In this document: positions 30,364-40,694 of the stretch, in pieces
How the letters are laid out: every line of letters begins with the position of its first letter
How positions within the stretch are numbered: the stretch's first letter is position 1
NCBI GenBank assembly: GCA_902783315.1
Contig: CACZQK010000073.1
Location: 2,498-66,497 of the forward strand
Direction: 5' to 3'
DNA from: an uncultured Erysipelotrichaceae bacterium
Lineage (GTDB): Bacteria; Bacillota_I; Bacilli_A; RF39; UBA660
DNA: 64,000 bases
The notes under the pieces: generated by a model
Told to the model about the DNA's origin: nothing
Seen by the model: the letters and a program-made list of their open reading frames with translations, nothing else
The model's database searches: none
Made by a program: the position numbers and the translations under genes

Positions 30364-30604
30364 TCAAACTTTATTAAATAATTATTTGTTAATATTAAAA
30401 AGTACTGTAGAAGTGTATGTTCATGGTACTTTAGAAAGTGTTAATCAGAAGGTAAGGGATTTGTTAAAAGAACATTTAAATGAAACTATCCAGATGCAAT
30501 CAGATACTTATGATATAATGACTGATTATGGTTGGTATCAAATCAAAAATGTTGATTCTAAAGTAATTGGGGATACCCTTACTAAGTTAGATAAAGGAAA
30601 TTAG
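30356..30604 (+). CDS. Spore coat protein F (Coat_F domain) family protein
   Basis: LLNNYLLILKSTVEVYVHGTLESVNQKVRDLLKEHLNETIQMQSDTYDIMTDYGWYQ matches the CotF pattern (…L.E.H.LQ…gWY). Confidence 0.55.
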   Translation: MNDQTLLNNYLLILKSTVEVYVHGTLESVNQKVRDLLKEHLNETIQMQSDTYDIMTDYGWYQIKNVDSKVIGDTLTKLDKGN

Positions 30605-30682
30605 TGATTTTTTCCTTTTTTTTTGGCTTGAAAAAAAGGAGAAAATAGTATAGAATCATTAATAGTAGGATAGGTGAAAAGA

Positions 30683-31789
30683 ATGAATAATAATGGGGTT
30701 ACAAATTCAAATAAGAATGAACAAGTTGGCTTATCACCGATGGAAGGTGTTCGAATAGCACCAGTTGTAGAAACTCCTAATAATACTGGACAAAGTCAGC
30801 CGGTATTAGTCAATACGAGTAATCAGATGATGCAAAATACAAATGCATCTCAAGGGAGTTATCAGAGTGTGAATGCTAACACTATTCAACAAAATGTATT
30901 AACAACTTCTAATACACCAGGACAGCAGATTAATACGATGCAAAATGTAGCTACTCCTGTGCAGAATGAACAAGTTCACCCTTCTCAATCGGCTTTAACG
31001 CCACCACCTCTAAGTAGTGATGGGGTAGGAAAGAATGCTACTCAAAAAAAGAAGAGGGGAGGGAAATTAACTTTTATTTTCATCTTAATTATAATTGGTT
31101 TGGTTGCTTATATTTATTATTCTTCTAAAAACTATATGATTGTTTTAAGACAATTGCAGTATGAATGTAGCCCTATTCAGGGGGATAAGAAAGAAATAGA
31201 TTTAGACTTAAATTCTACTTTAGTAAAAGATTTATATAGTAAAGTTTCAACAAATATAAGAGAAGATCTAGCACAGCCACAGTTTAATGATCAAATGAAA
31301 TTGTATTTAGCATATAGACAAATACTTGATAAAGATAAATATGATTCTAACTGTAACTTATTTAGTCCAGTTAGTATGGAGCCTTATCGCTGTGAAGAGT
31401 CTACTGCTTTTGTACCGAAAGCTTTTAAAGAAGAAACTTTACGGCATGAGTTTAGGAAACTGTTTGGGGAAAACACGGATATCTCTTTACAAAATATCCA
31501 GCTAGGAAATTCTTGCTTGGTTGGATATCAATATATATCTGATAGAGGTGAGTTTGTTCAGGGTTTTTGTAATCAACAAACTGCTACATCTTATAAGGCT
31601 ACCAAAACATTAGTAGAAGCAAAAAGTATGGGGGCTACTATTGTTTTGATAGAAGAAGTAAAATATCATGAAAATGAGAGAATGCCATTGCCAGAATATT
31701 TAAAAAGTGGAACGTATAAATATACTTTTCGATTAGATATGAACTATAATTATATATTTCTTGATAAAAGATATGAGGAAAAGTATTAA
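30683..31789 (+). CDS. Membrane protein with a Q/N/T-rich disordered cytoplasmic N-terminus and an extracytoplasmic C-terminal domain, hypothetical
   Basis: RBS AGGTGAAAAGA before ATG 30683; low-complexity N-terminus, one TM (LTFIFILIIIGLVAYIYY), ~230-aa C-terminal domain. Confidence 0.5.
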   Translation: MNNNGVTNSNKNEQVGLSPMEGVRIAPVVETPNNTGQSQPVLVNTSNQMMQNTNASQGSYQSVNANTIQQNVLTTSNTPGQQINTMQNVATPVQNEQVHPSQSALTPPPLSSDGVGKNATQKKKRGGKLTFIFILIIIGLVAYIYYSSKNYMIVLRQLQYECSPIQGDKKEIDLDLNSTLVKDLYSKVSTNIREDLAQPQFNDQMKLYLAYRQILDKDKYDSNCNLFSPVSMEPYRCEESTAFVPKAFKEETLRHEFRKLFGENTDISLQNIQLGNSCLVGYQYISDRGEFVQGFCNQQTATSYKATKTLVEAKSMGATIVLIEEVKYHENERMPLPEYLKSGTYKYTFRLDMNYNYIFLDKRYEEKY

Positions 31790-31801
31790 GGAGGGGCTTT
31801 A

Positions 31802-32329
31802 ATGGAAATTAAAAAGATAGTTACTGGATATTTAGATGAGAATTGCTATTTATTAATAGATAATAAAACATGTTTGGTTGTTGATCCTGGAGATGATTAC
31901 AACAAAATAAAAGAAGAAATTGCAGATAATAAGGTTCTTGGAATATTAATAACGCATTCTCATGCAGATCATATAGGTGCATTAAGAAATTTTTTAACAA
32001 AGAGGAGTATTAAAATCTATAAAAAAAGCAATCTAGAAGATTGGAAAAAGTATGAAATTGGTTCCTTTCAATTTCAATGCCTTTTTACTCCAGGACATTC
32101 AAAAGATTCTGTTACTTTTTATTTTGAAAATGAAAATGCAATGTTTGTGGGTGATTGTATTTTTAAAGAAAGTATTGGACGAACAGATCTTCCTGGTGGA
32201 AATGAAGCTGAAATGGAGCAAAGCTTAAAAAGAATTTTAGAATTTAGTGCTGATATTACTTTATATACAGGGCATTATGATATTACGACGTTAGCTTATG
32301 AAAAAGAAAATAATCCTTATTTAAAGTGA
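31802..32329 (+). CDS. MBL-fold metallo-hydrolase
   Basis: THSHADHIG (HxHxDH) motif; strong RBS TAAGGAGGGG. Confidence 0.8.
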   Translation: MEIKKIVTGYLDENCYLLIDNKTCLVVDPGDDYNKIKEEIADNKVLGILITHSHADHIGALRNFLTKRSIKIYKKSNLEDWKKYEIGSFQFQCLFTPGHSKDSVTFYFENENAMFVGDCIFKESIGRTDLPGGNEAEMEQSLKRILEFSADITLYTGHYDITTLAYEKENNPYLK

Positions 32330-32390
32330 TTATTTTTTCTTTAAAAAAAAGTTGTTTTATGATATTATAAAGAACCGTAAGAGGTGTTTT

Positions 32391-32693
32391 ATGAAAGTTT
32401 GGACAAAAGTATTAATAACGGATAAGAATAAAGATGTTGACCAAATTGCAAGGTCTTTAACGAATTACTTGTATGGATATGGACCAATATTAGATATTTG
32501 TAGAAAATATAAAATTACTAGAAAAGATAGACGAACACTTGATCAATATACAGCTAATAGAATAGCAGGATTATTGATGTTGTACTTGTCAAAGGATACA
32601 AAAAGAATTAATGATATTATTAATAAATATGATTTGCCTGTTATAAATTGTTCTGATATCATCCCACAAATAGAGGGGTATATAAATAAATAA
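32391..32693 (+). CDS. Hypothetical small protein
   Basis: RBS GAGGTG before ATG 32391 (track ORF from 32352); 100 aa, no motif recognised. Confidence 0.4.
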   Translation: MKVWTKVLITDKNKDVDQIARSLTNYLYGYGPILDICRKYKITRKDRRTLDQYTANRIAGLLMLYLSKDTKRINDIINKYDLPVINCSDIIPQIEGYINK

Positions 32694-32730
32694 ACGAATA
32701 ATAGAAACATACATATTACTCGTTTATTTA

Positions 32731-32817
32731 TTAAAAGTTCAGCAAGACACTGAAGAATCCCATAATCATGGCAATTAGCATGATTATAGCAACAACTTTA
32801 ATTATTTTATTGTTCAT
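32731..32817 (-). CDS. Putative 28-aa hydrophobic peptide (MNNKIIKVVAIIMLIAMIMGFFSVLLNF)
   Basis: Minus-strand ATG preceded by GAGGTGAAG at good spacing; single predicted TM helix; not in the ORF track (too short). Confidence 0.3.
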   Translation of the reverse strand: MNNKIIKVVAIIMLIAMIMGFFSVLLNF

Positions 32818-32920
32818 CTGTTCTTCACCTCAGCTTTAATTATATATTATTTGTCTAAAAAAGTAAATTTATTTCTAGCATACATATTGGAACTATGAAT
32901 AAAGTTTATTGGGTGATGTT

Positions 32921-33511
32921 ATGCTATCTTTTTTTAAAAGAAATAAAATACTATCTATCCTATTCATAATAACAGTTTTAACAATTATACTAGGAGTTTT
33001 TTTAACTGCTTTTTTTGATAAGACATTAAATGAGGAAATTACTTTTCATATAACACAGATTGTTCAATATATCAAAAGTGGTAACTACAATTCTCAAATA
33101 TTATTTAAAAATGAAATAAAGAATAATACTATTTATTTACTGTTTATGTGGCTTATAGGTATGTCAATAATAGGTATACCTATACTTTTATTTTTGTATT
33201 TGGTGAAACTTTTAACTCTATCATTTGAAATAGTATTTCTTATTAAAAATATTAAAATAACGGGTATACTATTTTCATTTTTATATGTTATTCCAAAACT
33301 TGCACATATTATTTTATATTTTTTCTTATTAAATCATGCTATACGATTTTCGATTGTTCTTATAAAAATGATATTTTTTAAAAAAAGTTATAATCTACAT
33401 TTAATAATAAAGAGATATAGTTTTATTTTTTTGATAATTGAATTTAGTTCTTTACTAGTAACTTTTATTGAAACTTGTCTAATGCCTAAAATTTTTACTT
33501 TTATTATTTGA
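32921..33511 (+). CDS. spoIIM: Stage II sporulation protein M-like (SpoIIM / DUF95) membrane protein
   Basis: Architecture and segments parallel B. subtilis SpoIIM (…LLFMWLIGMSIIGIPILLFLYLVK…, C-terminal …ETCLMPKIF); multiple TM helices. Confidence 0.6.
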   Translation: MLSFFKRNKILSILFIITVLTIILGVFLTAFFDKTLNEEITFHITQIVQYIKSGNYNSQILFKNEIKNNTIYLLFMWLIGMSIIGIPILLFLYLVKLLTLSFEIVFLIKNIKITGILFSFLYVIPKLAHIILYFFLLNHAIRFSIVLIKMIFFKKSYNLHLIIKRYSFIFLIIEFSSLLVTFIETCLMPKIFTFII

Positions 33512-33591
33512 TAGTTTTGCCTAAAAAAGTGTCAATTTACACTTGAAAATTTACAGCTAAAGCCCTATAATTATATAAGGAGGGTAGAAGC

Positions 33592-34359
33592 ATGAAAGAA
33601 TTGAACACAGTATTAACTGAATTGGGAATTAGTAAAGTAAGATTAGCAAAATATTTGGGTGTATCTAGGCAGATGCTATATAATTATTTAGGAATTGAAG
33701 ATCTTAATAATTGGCCAAAAGAAAAAGCTGCTAAATTATTAAGTTTATTAAATGTTAATAGTATAAAAGAGTTGAAAAACTTAAAAATAAATGGCGATTA
33801 TATTATAGAAGTTGAAAAGCGCTTAAATGAGGGTGTAAAAGATGTTTCTAATAAAGATATAATTGCTGATTTGAAAGGCTTTAGTAAAAAGGAACAAGAA
33901 TTATTATCTGATATTATCAATTTATTGAAAGAAAAGTTGGCTAATGATAAAACAAAAAATACTTTTAATACATATAACTATCTTTATCACTTTTTGCAGT
34001 CAATGGAAACTAATGAAGAATTGAAATATATTTTGGCATATATATCAAAGTCTTTAGGTTTTGTTGATCCAATGGAATTTTCTTTTAGTAAGGAGAAACA
34101 GTTTGTGTTTGAAAGTATTATGTTTAGTGCGATGACCTTATATAATAATGGGGGAGCCTCAAAAAATAAATTAGGGGAGTCTCATAAGCGCTTTGTTCAG
34201 AATATTGAACAAAAAAAGGAAGAAAAAATGTCTCGTACTCAAGAATTGAACACTGTAAAAATACAAGCTTTAAAAGAATTAGGTTATACGGAAATTAATG
34301 AGGATAATGCTAAAGAAGTATTTGAAAAAATTGCGGAGATTCAATCAAGAAAAGTATAA
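33592..34359 (+). CDS. XRE-family helix-turn-helix domain protein
   Basis: N-terminal HTH LTELGISKVRLAKYLGVSRQMLYNYL; RBS AGGAGGG. Confidence 0.6.
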   Translation: MKELNTVLTELGISKVRLAKYLGVSRQMLYNYLGIEDLNNWPKEKAAKLLSLLNVNSIKELKNLKINGDYIIEVEKRLNEGVKDVSNKDIIADLKGFSKKEQELLSDIINLLKEKLANDKTKNTFNTYNYLYHFLQSMETNEELKYILAYISKSLGFVDPMEFSFSKEKQFVFESIMFSAMTLYNNGGASKNKLGESHKRFVQNIEQKKEEKMSRTQELNTVKIQALKELGYTEINEDNAKEVFEKIAEIQSRKV

Positions 34360-34365
34360 AATAGG

Positions 34366-34406
34366 AAGAGGGTATTATATAAATATCAATATAACATCCT
34401 CTTTTT
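34366..34406 (+). terminator. Rho-independent terminator
   Basis: GGAAGAGGGTATTATAT…ATATAACATCCTCTT stem followed by TTTTT. Confidence 0.5.
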
Positions 34407-34827
34407 AGTCGTTTATATAAACTTCCTATAATTGATATTATGTTAACTTCTATGTTTTGCTGATACCTATATTTATATTATAATGTGTGTAATTATAATA
34501 TTTTATTTTTTCTTCTTCTCTTTTTATATTATTATAATCTAATTAACTAATATATAAATGTATTTCTAAGAATATTATCAGACTGATTAGAATAAATTAA
34601 AGTTATACTTTAATTATTGGTAATTTATATTTATGGATTGTCTTTATTGAAATAAAACACATGTCATTCTTTCTTTTATTATAATTAAAGGAAATTCATT
34701 TTAAGCCATTTATAGTGTTTTAAATGGACTGTTTTATACAGCTAAATCTTTTAAAATTAACATATTAATATTAAAGTGTATAAAATTCATTTTATTACTC
34801 ATAATAATTAAAAAGGAGGAATTTAAT

Positions 34828-35046
34828 ATGAGTAATAAAAAGTCTTGTAATCAAGCAAATTGTTGTAGTGGCAAAGAGAGAGCCGAGGAAAATACTATTA
34901 AAAACTGTTCTGGTAGTAGTATGAAAAAACGTGCTAATTCCCCTACTTCTTTTTGCCAAAGTTTTGAAAAAAATAGGGGAATAATAACTGATAATGAATA
35001 TGAGGTAAAATCTGAGATGGATGATAACATAAAGGAAGTTAACTAA
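34828..35046 (+). CDS. Small Cys-rich hypothetical protein (72 aa)
   Basis: Very strong RBS AAAAGGAGGAATTTAAT; Cys clusters CNQANCCSGK…NCSGSS…FCQSF; followed by a terminator. Confidence 0.45.
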   Translation: MSNKKSCNQANCCSGKERAEENTIKNCSGSSMKKRANSPTSFCQSFEKNRGIITDNEYEVKSEMDDNIKEVN

Positions 35047-35074
35047 AAAATAGGGTGTATGCCCTATTTTTTTA
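35046..35074. terminator. Bidirectional rho-independent terminator shared by the 34828 ORF and deoB
   Basis: TAGGG-TGTAT-GCCCTA flanked by an A-run and a T-run. Confidence 0.7.
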
Positions 35075-36241
35075 TTATTCTAGTTCTTCTAAAATACTTT
35101 CCCCTATTTCTGTTTCTTCTACATCAAAATTATTGGCAATTAAAGCCCCTATATTGGCTAGTGTATCAAATTTTTCTAATCTTCGTGGGTGCTTAAAGTT
35201 TCTGCTATATAAGATGACAGGAAGGTTTTCTCTGGTATGATCATTTCCAGGAAACGATGGATCATTTCCGTGATCAGCTGTAATGATAAGTAAATCATCT
35301 AATTCTAACTTGTTAATAATAATTGGAATATTTACGTCTAGCTCTTCAATTGCCTTGGCATATCCTTCTATATCTCTCATATGTCCATATAATGAATCAA
35401 AGTCTGGTAAATTGACCATGCAAATTCCGATAAAGTTTTTATCTATGATGTCTGTAAACTTATTGATAGCTTCAGCATTGGTATTTGCTTTAATCATTTT
35501 ATTAATACCTTGACCATCAAAAATATCATTTATTTTTCCTATTCCGATAACACTATAATCTCTACTATTTAAACTATCTAAAACAGTCTTTTTTGGGGGT
35601 TTTATTGCATAGTCTCTTCTGGCTGTATTTATTAGTTTATATTTTCCTGGAGTGCCAGTAAACGGTCTAGCAATGATTCTAGCGATTCTCCAATCTTCTT
35701 TCAAGGTTAATGCTCGAATTCTTTCGCAATATTCATATAAACTAGCAATTGGAATACAGTCTTCATGGGCTGCAACTTGCAAATCTGAATCTGCTGATGT
35801 ATAAATAATTAGAGAACCATAATTATATTGTCTTTCTCCTAATTCTTGAATAATGGAATTGTCATGAGAACATTTATTTCCAATTACTGTTCTTCCAGTA
35901 ATTTCCTCAATTCCTGCTAATACATCATAGGTAAATCCCTGATTAAAAGCTCTAAATGGAATATCATTTTTTATTCCTACCATTTCATAATGACCATTTA
36001 AAGTATCTTTACCGGCGTTTATTGGTTTAGCAATTGTATAGTAAGCATCTACATTTTTGTTTTCATTCATATTTAATGTATCTAGAAACCCAATTTTTTT
36101 CAAGTTTGGAATAAATAAATTATATTTTTCTACTATATGTCCTAATGTGTTAGCCCCTACATCACCAAAATCTACTGCATCATTGGTTTCCCCTACTCCC
36201 AGTGAGTCTAAAACCATTAAAAATATTCTTTTGAATTTCAT
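35075..36241 (-). CDS. deoB: Phosphopentomutase
   Basis: MKFKRIFLMVLDSLGVGE… N-terminus and alkaline-phosphatase-like metal site motifs (TADHGNDP); 388 aa. Confidence 0.9.
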   Translation of the reverse strand: MKFKRIFLMVLDSLGVGETNDAVDFGDVGANTLGHIVEKYNLFIPNLKKIGFLDTLNMNENKNVDAYYTIAKPINAGKDTLNGHYEMVGIKNDIPFRAFNQGFTYDVLAGIEEITGRTVIGNKCSHDNSIIQELGERQYNYGSLIIYTSADSDLQVAAHEDCIPIASLYEYCERIRALTLKEDWRIARIIARPFTGTPGKYKLINTARRDYAIKPPKKTVLDSLNSRDYSVIGIGKINDIFDGQGINKMIKANTNAEAINKFTDIIDKNFIGICMVNLPDFDSLYGHMRDIEGYAKAIEELDVNIPIIINKLELDDLLIITADHGNDPSFPGNDHTRENLPVILYSRNFKHPRRLEKFDTLANIGALIANNFDVEETEIGESILEELE

Positions 36242-36246
36242 AAGTA

Positions 36247-37140
36247 TTACTCCTTCTTACTTCGCAAATGGTATTGAATATAGTCATCGACTACTTTTTG
36301 ATTACTAACTTGAGTGTAGATTTTCGTAGTTGAAATGTCTGAATGTCCTAGCATCTCTTGAATACTTCGAAGATCAGCTCCCCTATTAATTAAATGAGTT
36401 GCAAAACTATGTCTTAATGTATGTGGGGAAATATTTGGATTTAGTTTTTTTTCTAGAAGTAGAGCTTTTAAAATTTTAAAGAAGCCTTGTCGACTTATAC
36501 CTGTTCCGTGATTATTTAAAAACAGCTTTGTACAATTCTTTTTCTTTAACAAATGTTCTCTTTGATTTAAATAAAGTTTTAAATAGTGAATTGCATATTC
36601 ACCTATGGGAACTTGTCTTTCTTTTCCACCTTTTCCAAAATATATATGGATTAAACAATTATGTATATCAATATCATTTGTTTCTAAATTTATTAATTCG
36701 CTTATTCTTAAACCACATCCATACATTAATTCTAACATAGCTTTATTACGATAGTCAAATGGCGTGTTTAAAGGAATATCTAATAGTAAATTAATATCAT
36801 CTAGGCTAATTGCTTTGGGGATACTTTTTTTTAGTTTTGGTCTTTCAATAAATTCAGCTATATTTTCTTTTACTATATTTTCTCTGAATAGATAGACATG
36901 GAAATTTTTGATTACGGTTAGATTGTGAGCAATTGTTGTTATTTGTTCTTCGTTCCGTACTTTTAAAAATTCTTGGATATGATGATTTTTAATATCTTCT
37001 ACTAATTTTATATTTTTCTTTTTTAAAAAGATATTATAGATTTTTAAATCGTTTGAGTAAGAGGCTATTGTTTTATCAGATAATCCTTTTTCAAATACAC
37101 AATAACTTAAAAAGTCTTTAATGGCATCTTCTATTTTCAT
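36247..37140 (-). CDS. xerD: Tyrosine recombinase XerD/XerC-like
   Basis: C-terminal catalytic motifs HTLRHSFATHL…GADLRSIQEMLGHSDISTTKIYTQV; start ATG at 37140 after AGGTGA (track ORF from 37185). Confidence 0.85.
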   Translation of the reverse strand: MKIEDAIKDFLSYCVFEKGLSDKTIASYSNDLKIYNIFLKKKNIKLVEDIKNHHIQEFLKVRNEEQITTIAHNLTVIKNFHVYLFRENIVKENIAEFIERPKLKKSIPKAISLDDINLLLDIPLNTPFDYRNKAMLELMYGCGLRISELINLETNDIDIHNCLIHIYFGKGGKERQVPIGEYAIHYLKLYLNQREHLLKKKNCTKLFLNNHGTGISRQGFFKILKALLLEKKLNPNISPHTLRHSFATHLINRGADLRSIQEMLGHSDISTTKIYTQVSNQKVVDDYIQYHLRSKKE

Positions 37141-37353
37141 GTAATCACCTATTTTAAGTATACATAAAATAATATAATTTATCAAATATATTGATAGCAG
37201 AATAACTTAGAACTATTTGTGAAAAACAAAAAGTAAAGATTAATGTATTCCAAATAATGAAGGTTTAATAGACTTTGTTTATTTATAATGAAAAATAAAA
37301 GCCACTCATAAATTTGAGTCGCTATATTAAATTTTCATTCATTATTAAATTTC

Positions 37354-37962
37354 TTACTTTCTTTTTTTGACATAAGGAGAATTATAGTATTCTTTTTGAA
37401 TCTCGCTAGCAGTGGATAAATAATCATTAATTGTTGCAGAAGAAAATGGTCTATTTACCCTAGAACATTTACTTTCTTTATCAGGTCTGAACGTATTTAA
37501 TTCTAAATTTTTTTCCCTCATATCATTAACAATATCCATATAAAATGATAAGATATAATCAGCTTGGTTAGCAGAATCCAATGTTTCATATCTACCTTCA
37601 ATAGTTATTTTAATAATATCTTCTTTATCTTCAAACAGAAGATTAAGCTTTCCTGGACTATGATCATATTTGAAAAATTCATAAGAGAAATACGCATTTG
37701 AATGATTTGTATGCAATTTAAACTCATGTCCATCTTTATCAAGTTCAAGCTCTAATGTGTTACCATATCTATTTTTAAGAGGTAATATTATATTATTTTT
37801 TGAATCATATCTTGCATGATTACTCATAAATTTTAATCCATCAATATGCCATAAATTTATACCATTAATTATTTCTATACTTTGATAAAATGCATCTCCT
37901 AATTTAATTTTTTCATTTTTTGCTATTGCTATAATCATGTCTTCTAAAGAAGCATATCTCAT
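37354..37962 (-). CDS. Hypothetical protein
   Basis: 202-aa ORF, no recognisable motif. Confidence 0.45.
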   Translation of the reverse strand: MRYASLEDMIIAIAKNEKIKLGDAFYQSIEIINGINLWHIDGLKFMSNHARYDSKNNIILPLKNRYGNTLELELDKDGHEFKLHTNHSNAYFSYEFFKYDHSPGKLNLLFEDKEDIIKITIEGRYETLDSANQADYILSFYMDIVNDMREKNLELNTFRPDKESKCSRVNRPFSSATINDYLSTASEIQKEYYNSPYVKKRK

Positions 37963-38165
37963 TCAAACCACCTCAGGTAGTTATTATATATATAAATATT
38001 TTTACTAAATTGTTGAAGAATAAAGGATTTGAATATCATTATTTATATTCTGAACAAGATTTTTTGCTTGATTAGGTAAAGTGCAATTTTAATAATTAAA
38101 GATGTTATTTTATTTTAATGTGGATTTTTAAAGGAAATTTTTATAAAATAATATTGGTGAAGTAA

Positions 38166-39389
38166 ATGAGTGAACCTTTAGCTTTGAAATTAGCTCCTAA
38201 TTCTTTGGATGAAATAATAGGACAAAATCATTTAATTGGGAAAAATAAGATTTTTACCAATCTGGTTAAAAATAAGAAATTATTTTCTATGATATTATAT
38301 GGGAAACCCGGTATTGGCAAAACTTCTATAGCAAATGCTTTAGTAAAAGAATTGGGGGTTCGTTATCGCTTTTTGAATGCAACGATGAATACTAAAAAAG
38401 ATTTGGATGTTGTTATTGAAGAGGCAAAGATGTATGGAGATATTGTTTTAATAATGGATGAGATTCATCGTCTAAACAAGGATAAACAGGATGTTTTATT
38501 ACCACAATTGGAAAGTGGTCGAATCATATTGATTGGAATGACGACCTCTAATCCTTATCATTCTATTAATCCTGCTATTCGTAGTCGCTGTCAGTTATTT
38601 GAATTACATGAGCTAGATGTTAAAGATATTGTAAAAGGCCTTAAAAGGGCTATAATGCATCCTAGTTTAGAAGGAATAAGTATTGATAAGGAAACAATCG
38701 AATTTATTGCTAAAATGTCTGGGAATGACTTAAGATATGCTTATAATCTATTAGAAATAGCTTTTTATTCAACTGATGATAAAAACATTACGATTGAAAA
38801 AATAAAAAATATTCATAATCGGCCAGTATTTTTCTCTGATAAGAATGGTGAAGGGCATTATGATGTTTTAAGTGGATTACAAAAATCGATTCGTGGTAGT
38901 GATGTTGATGCAGCTCTTCATTATTTGGGAAGATTAATCATAGAGGGAGATTTGGATTCTATTTGCCGAAGACTCAGTGTTATTGCTTATGAAGATATAG
39001 GTCTTGCTAATCCTGCTATTGGCCCTAGAGTTGATGCGGCAATTAATGCAGCTAATCGTGTTGGATTTCCTGAGGCTAGAATCCCTCTTGGAACAGTTGT
39101 TGTTGAAATGGCTTTATCACCTAAGAGTAATACAGCTCATATTGCTCTTGATCAAGCTTTAAAAGATATAGAAGAAGGCAATGTTGGCACCATTCCTAAA
39201 CATATAAAGACAGACTCGCCTGATTATTTATATCCACATGATTATCCTGGTTCTTATGTTGCTCAACAATATTTGCCAGATAAAATAAAAAATAGAAAAT
39301 ATTATATTCCTAAAGATTTAGGATATGAACGAAATCTAAAAGCTATTTATGAACGATTAAATAGTTTAAAAAATATTAATAAGTCTTAA
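38166..39389 (+). CDS. rarA: Replication-associated recombination protein A (AAA+ ATPase RarA/MgsA)
   Basis: Walker A GKPGIGKTSIANAL, Walker B IVLIMDEIHR, C-terminal MgsA domains. Confidence 0.9.
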   Translation: MSEPLALKLAPNSLDEIIGQNHLIGKNKIFTNLVKNKKLFSMILYGKPGIGKTSIANALVKELGVRYRFLNATMNTKKDLDVVIEEAKMYGDIVLIMDEIHRLNKDKQDVLLPQLESGRIILIGMTTSNPYHSINPAIRSRCQLFELHELDVKDIVKGLKRAIMHPSLEGISIDKETIEFIAKMSGNDLRYAYNLLEIAFYSTDDKNITIEKIKNIHNRPVFFSDKNGEGHYDVLSGLQKSIRGSDVDAALHYLGRLIIEGDLDSICRRLSVIAYEDIGLANPAIGPRVDAAINAANRVGFPEARIPLGTVVVEMALSPKSNTAHIALDQALKDIEEGNVGTIPKHIKTDSPDYLYPHDYPGSYVAQQYLPDKIKNRKYYIPKDLGYERNLKAIYERLNSLKNINKS

Positions 39390-39630
39390 TATTTTTTGGG
39401 ATAGTGTGTAGAAATATTTTGTTAGTCAATTGAGCGGGATTGACTAGCTTGGGTCGATATATAGTAGATAATGAAACTTTTATTAAATATATATAATAGA
39501 GTATGTAGAAAAACACAATAAAGAAGTATATAAGAGAACGGGAAACCGAGAATATGTTCAAGACAAAAGAAGTGTAAAAGAATACGAGGCCCCTTTTAAG
39601 GATTGTTAGAGAGAAAAAGGCGATTGGCAA

Positions 39631-39655
39631 ATCAAAAAGCTCTCATGTGAGAGCT
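39631..39655 (-). terminator. Rho-independent terminator downstream of holA (minus strand)
   Basis: AGCTCTCA-CA-TGAGAGCT followed by TTTTTGATTT on the minus strand. Confidence 0.6.
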
Positions 39656-39758
39656 GCCAGTAAATAGAAAAATCACTAGTTAAACTAATGATTTTTATTC
39701 TTTATAAGATTATCTTGTTTGTCTAAATTTTTATACAATTTCTCTTGCTTATTGATAG

Positions 39759-40694
39759 CTAAATATTTAAGATGAACATCTCAATTAAGTGATTGGCATT
39801 TATATCACTTGTTTTTAATTCTAAATCTATTTTACTTAATTCTTGCATAAGAAGTAGCAATTCTTCTTCGGAATAGAGATGTGTTAGTTCTTTTGTCTTT
39901 TTTATTCTAAACTCTTTTTCTTCCAGGGTATTTGCTATTTCTTTATTATTCATTCTTTTGTTCTCTAATAATTTTACTTGGTAAATAATTCTTATTTGAC
40001 TGGCAAGCAGTCCAATAATACCAAAAGGTTCTATATTGTATGATAGAAGCTCTCGATACTTTCTTAAAGCATCTTCTTTGTCTTTACTTGCTAAACTTTT
40101 AGAAAAAGCAAATACTAAATCTTTGGAATCTCCTAATTTTTTCACTACTATTTCTTTGATATCTTCTTTTGTTATTTCTCTGGTATCTAGCTTATAATTT
40201 TTTAGTTTTTCACATTCTTGAGATATTTTTGTAATATCATCTAGACAATATTCTTTTAAAAAAGAAATGGTATTAGCATCTATTTTATAGCCTTTTAGGG
40301 CTGCTTTTATGTAATCGGTTGAGTCTAATGATATTTGTTTATATTGACAAAGTTTTTTTAGTGTTTTTGTTATTTTACTTGTATTATTTAATTTTTTTGC
40401 TTCTATAATTAATAGATTATCGGGATTTGGATTTTCTATGTATTTGAATAAATGGTCACACTCTTTTTTTAAGTCATCATATTTTATATTTTCAATATTT
40501 TGAATAACGACTATTTTTTTCTTACTTATAAATCCATAGGTATCTAAATCTTCTAGAACTTGGTCTAAGGTGTTTTCTTCTAAATCATAATGACTAGTTG
40601 TTGCTTCTTGAAATTTGTTTTCTTTGATAAGATATTTTCTTTCTTTTTGGAGGGAAAGGGAGTCTGTACATTCTAATAAATAATTATTATTCAT
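39759..40694 (-). CDS. holA: DNA polymerase III delta subunit
   Basis: C-terminal region (…EPFGIIGLLASQIRIIYQVKLL…EEELLLLMQELSKIDLELKTS) fits the HolA pattern; start overlaps the alaS stop by 8 nt. Confidence 0.7.
   Translation of the reverse strand: MNNNYLLECTDSLSLQKERKYLIKENKFQEATTSHYDLEENTLDQVLEDLDTYGFISKKKIVVIQNIENIKYDDLKKECDHLFKYIENPNPDNLLIIEAKKLNNTSKITKTLKKLCQYKQISLDSTDYIKAALKGYKIDANTISFLKEYCLDDITKISQECEKLKNYKLDTREITKEDIKEIVVKKLGDSKDLVFAFSKSLASKDKEDALRKYRELLSYNIEPFGIIGLLASQIRIIYQVKLLENKRMNNKEIANTLEEKEFRIKKTKELTHLYSEEELLLLMQELSKIDLELKTSDINANHLIEMFILNI

Noticed and set aside
39423-39450. Hairpin TAGTCAAT-TGAGCGGG-ATTGACTA after rarA as a terminator, or as part of an ncRNA in the 39400-39700 convergent gap
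   Set aside because: A good 8-bp stem, but no following T-run on the plus strand. I recognised no ncRNA signature. The clear terminator in this gap is the minus-strand one at 39631-39655.
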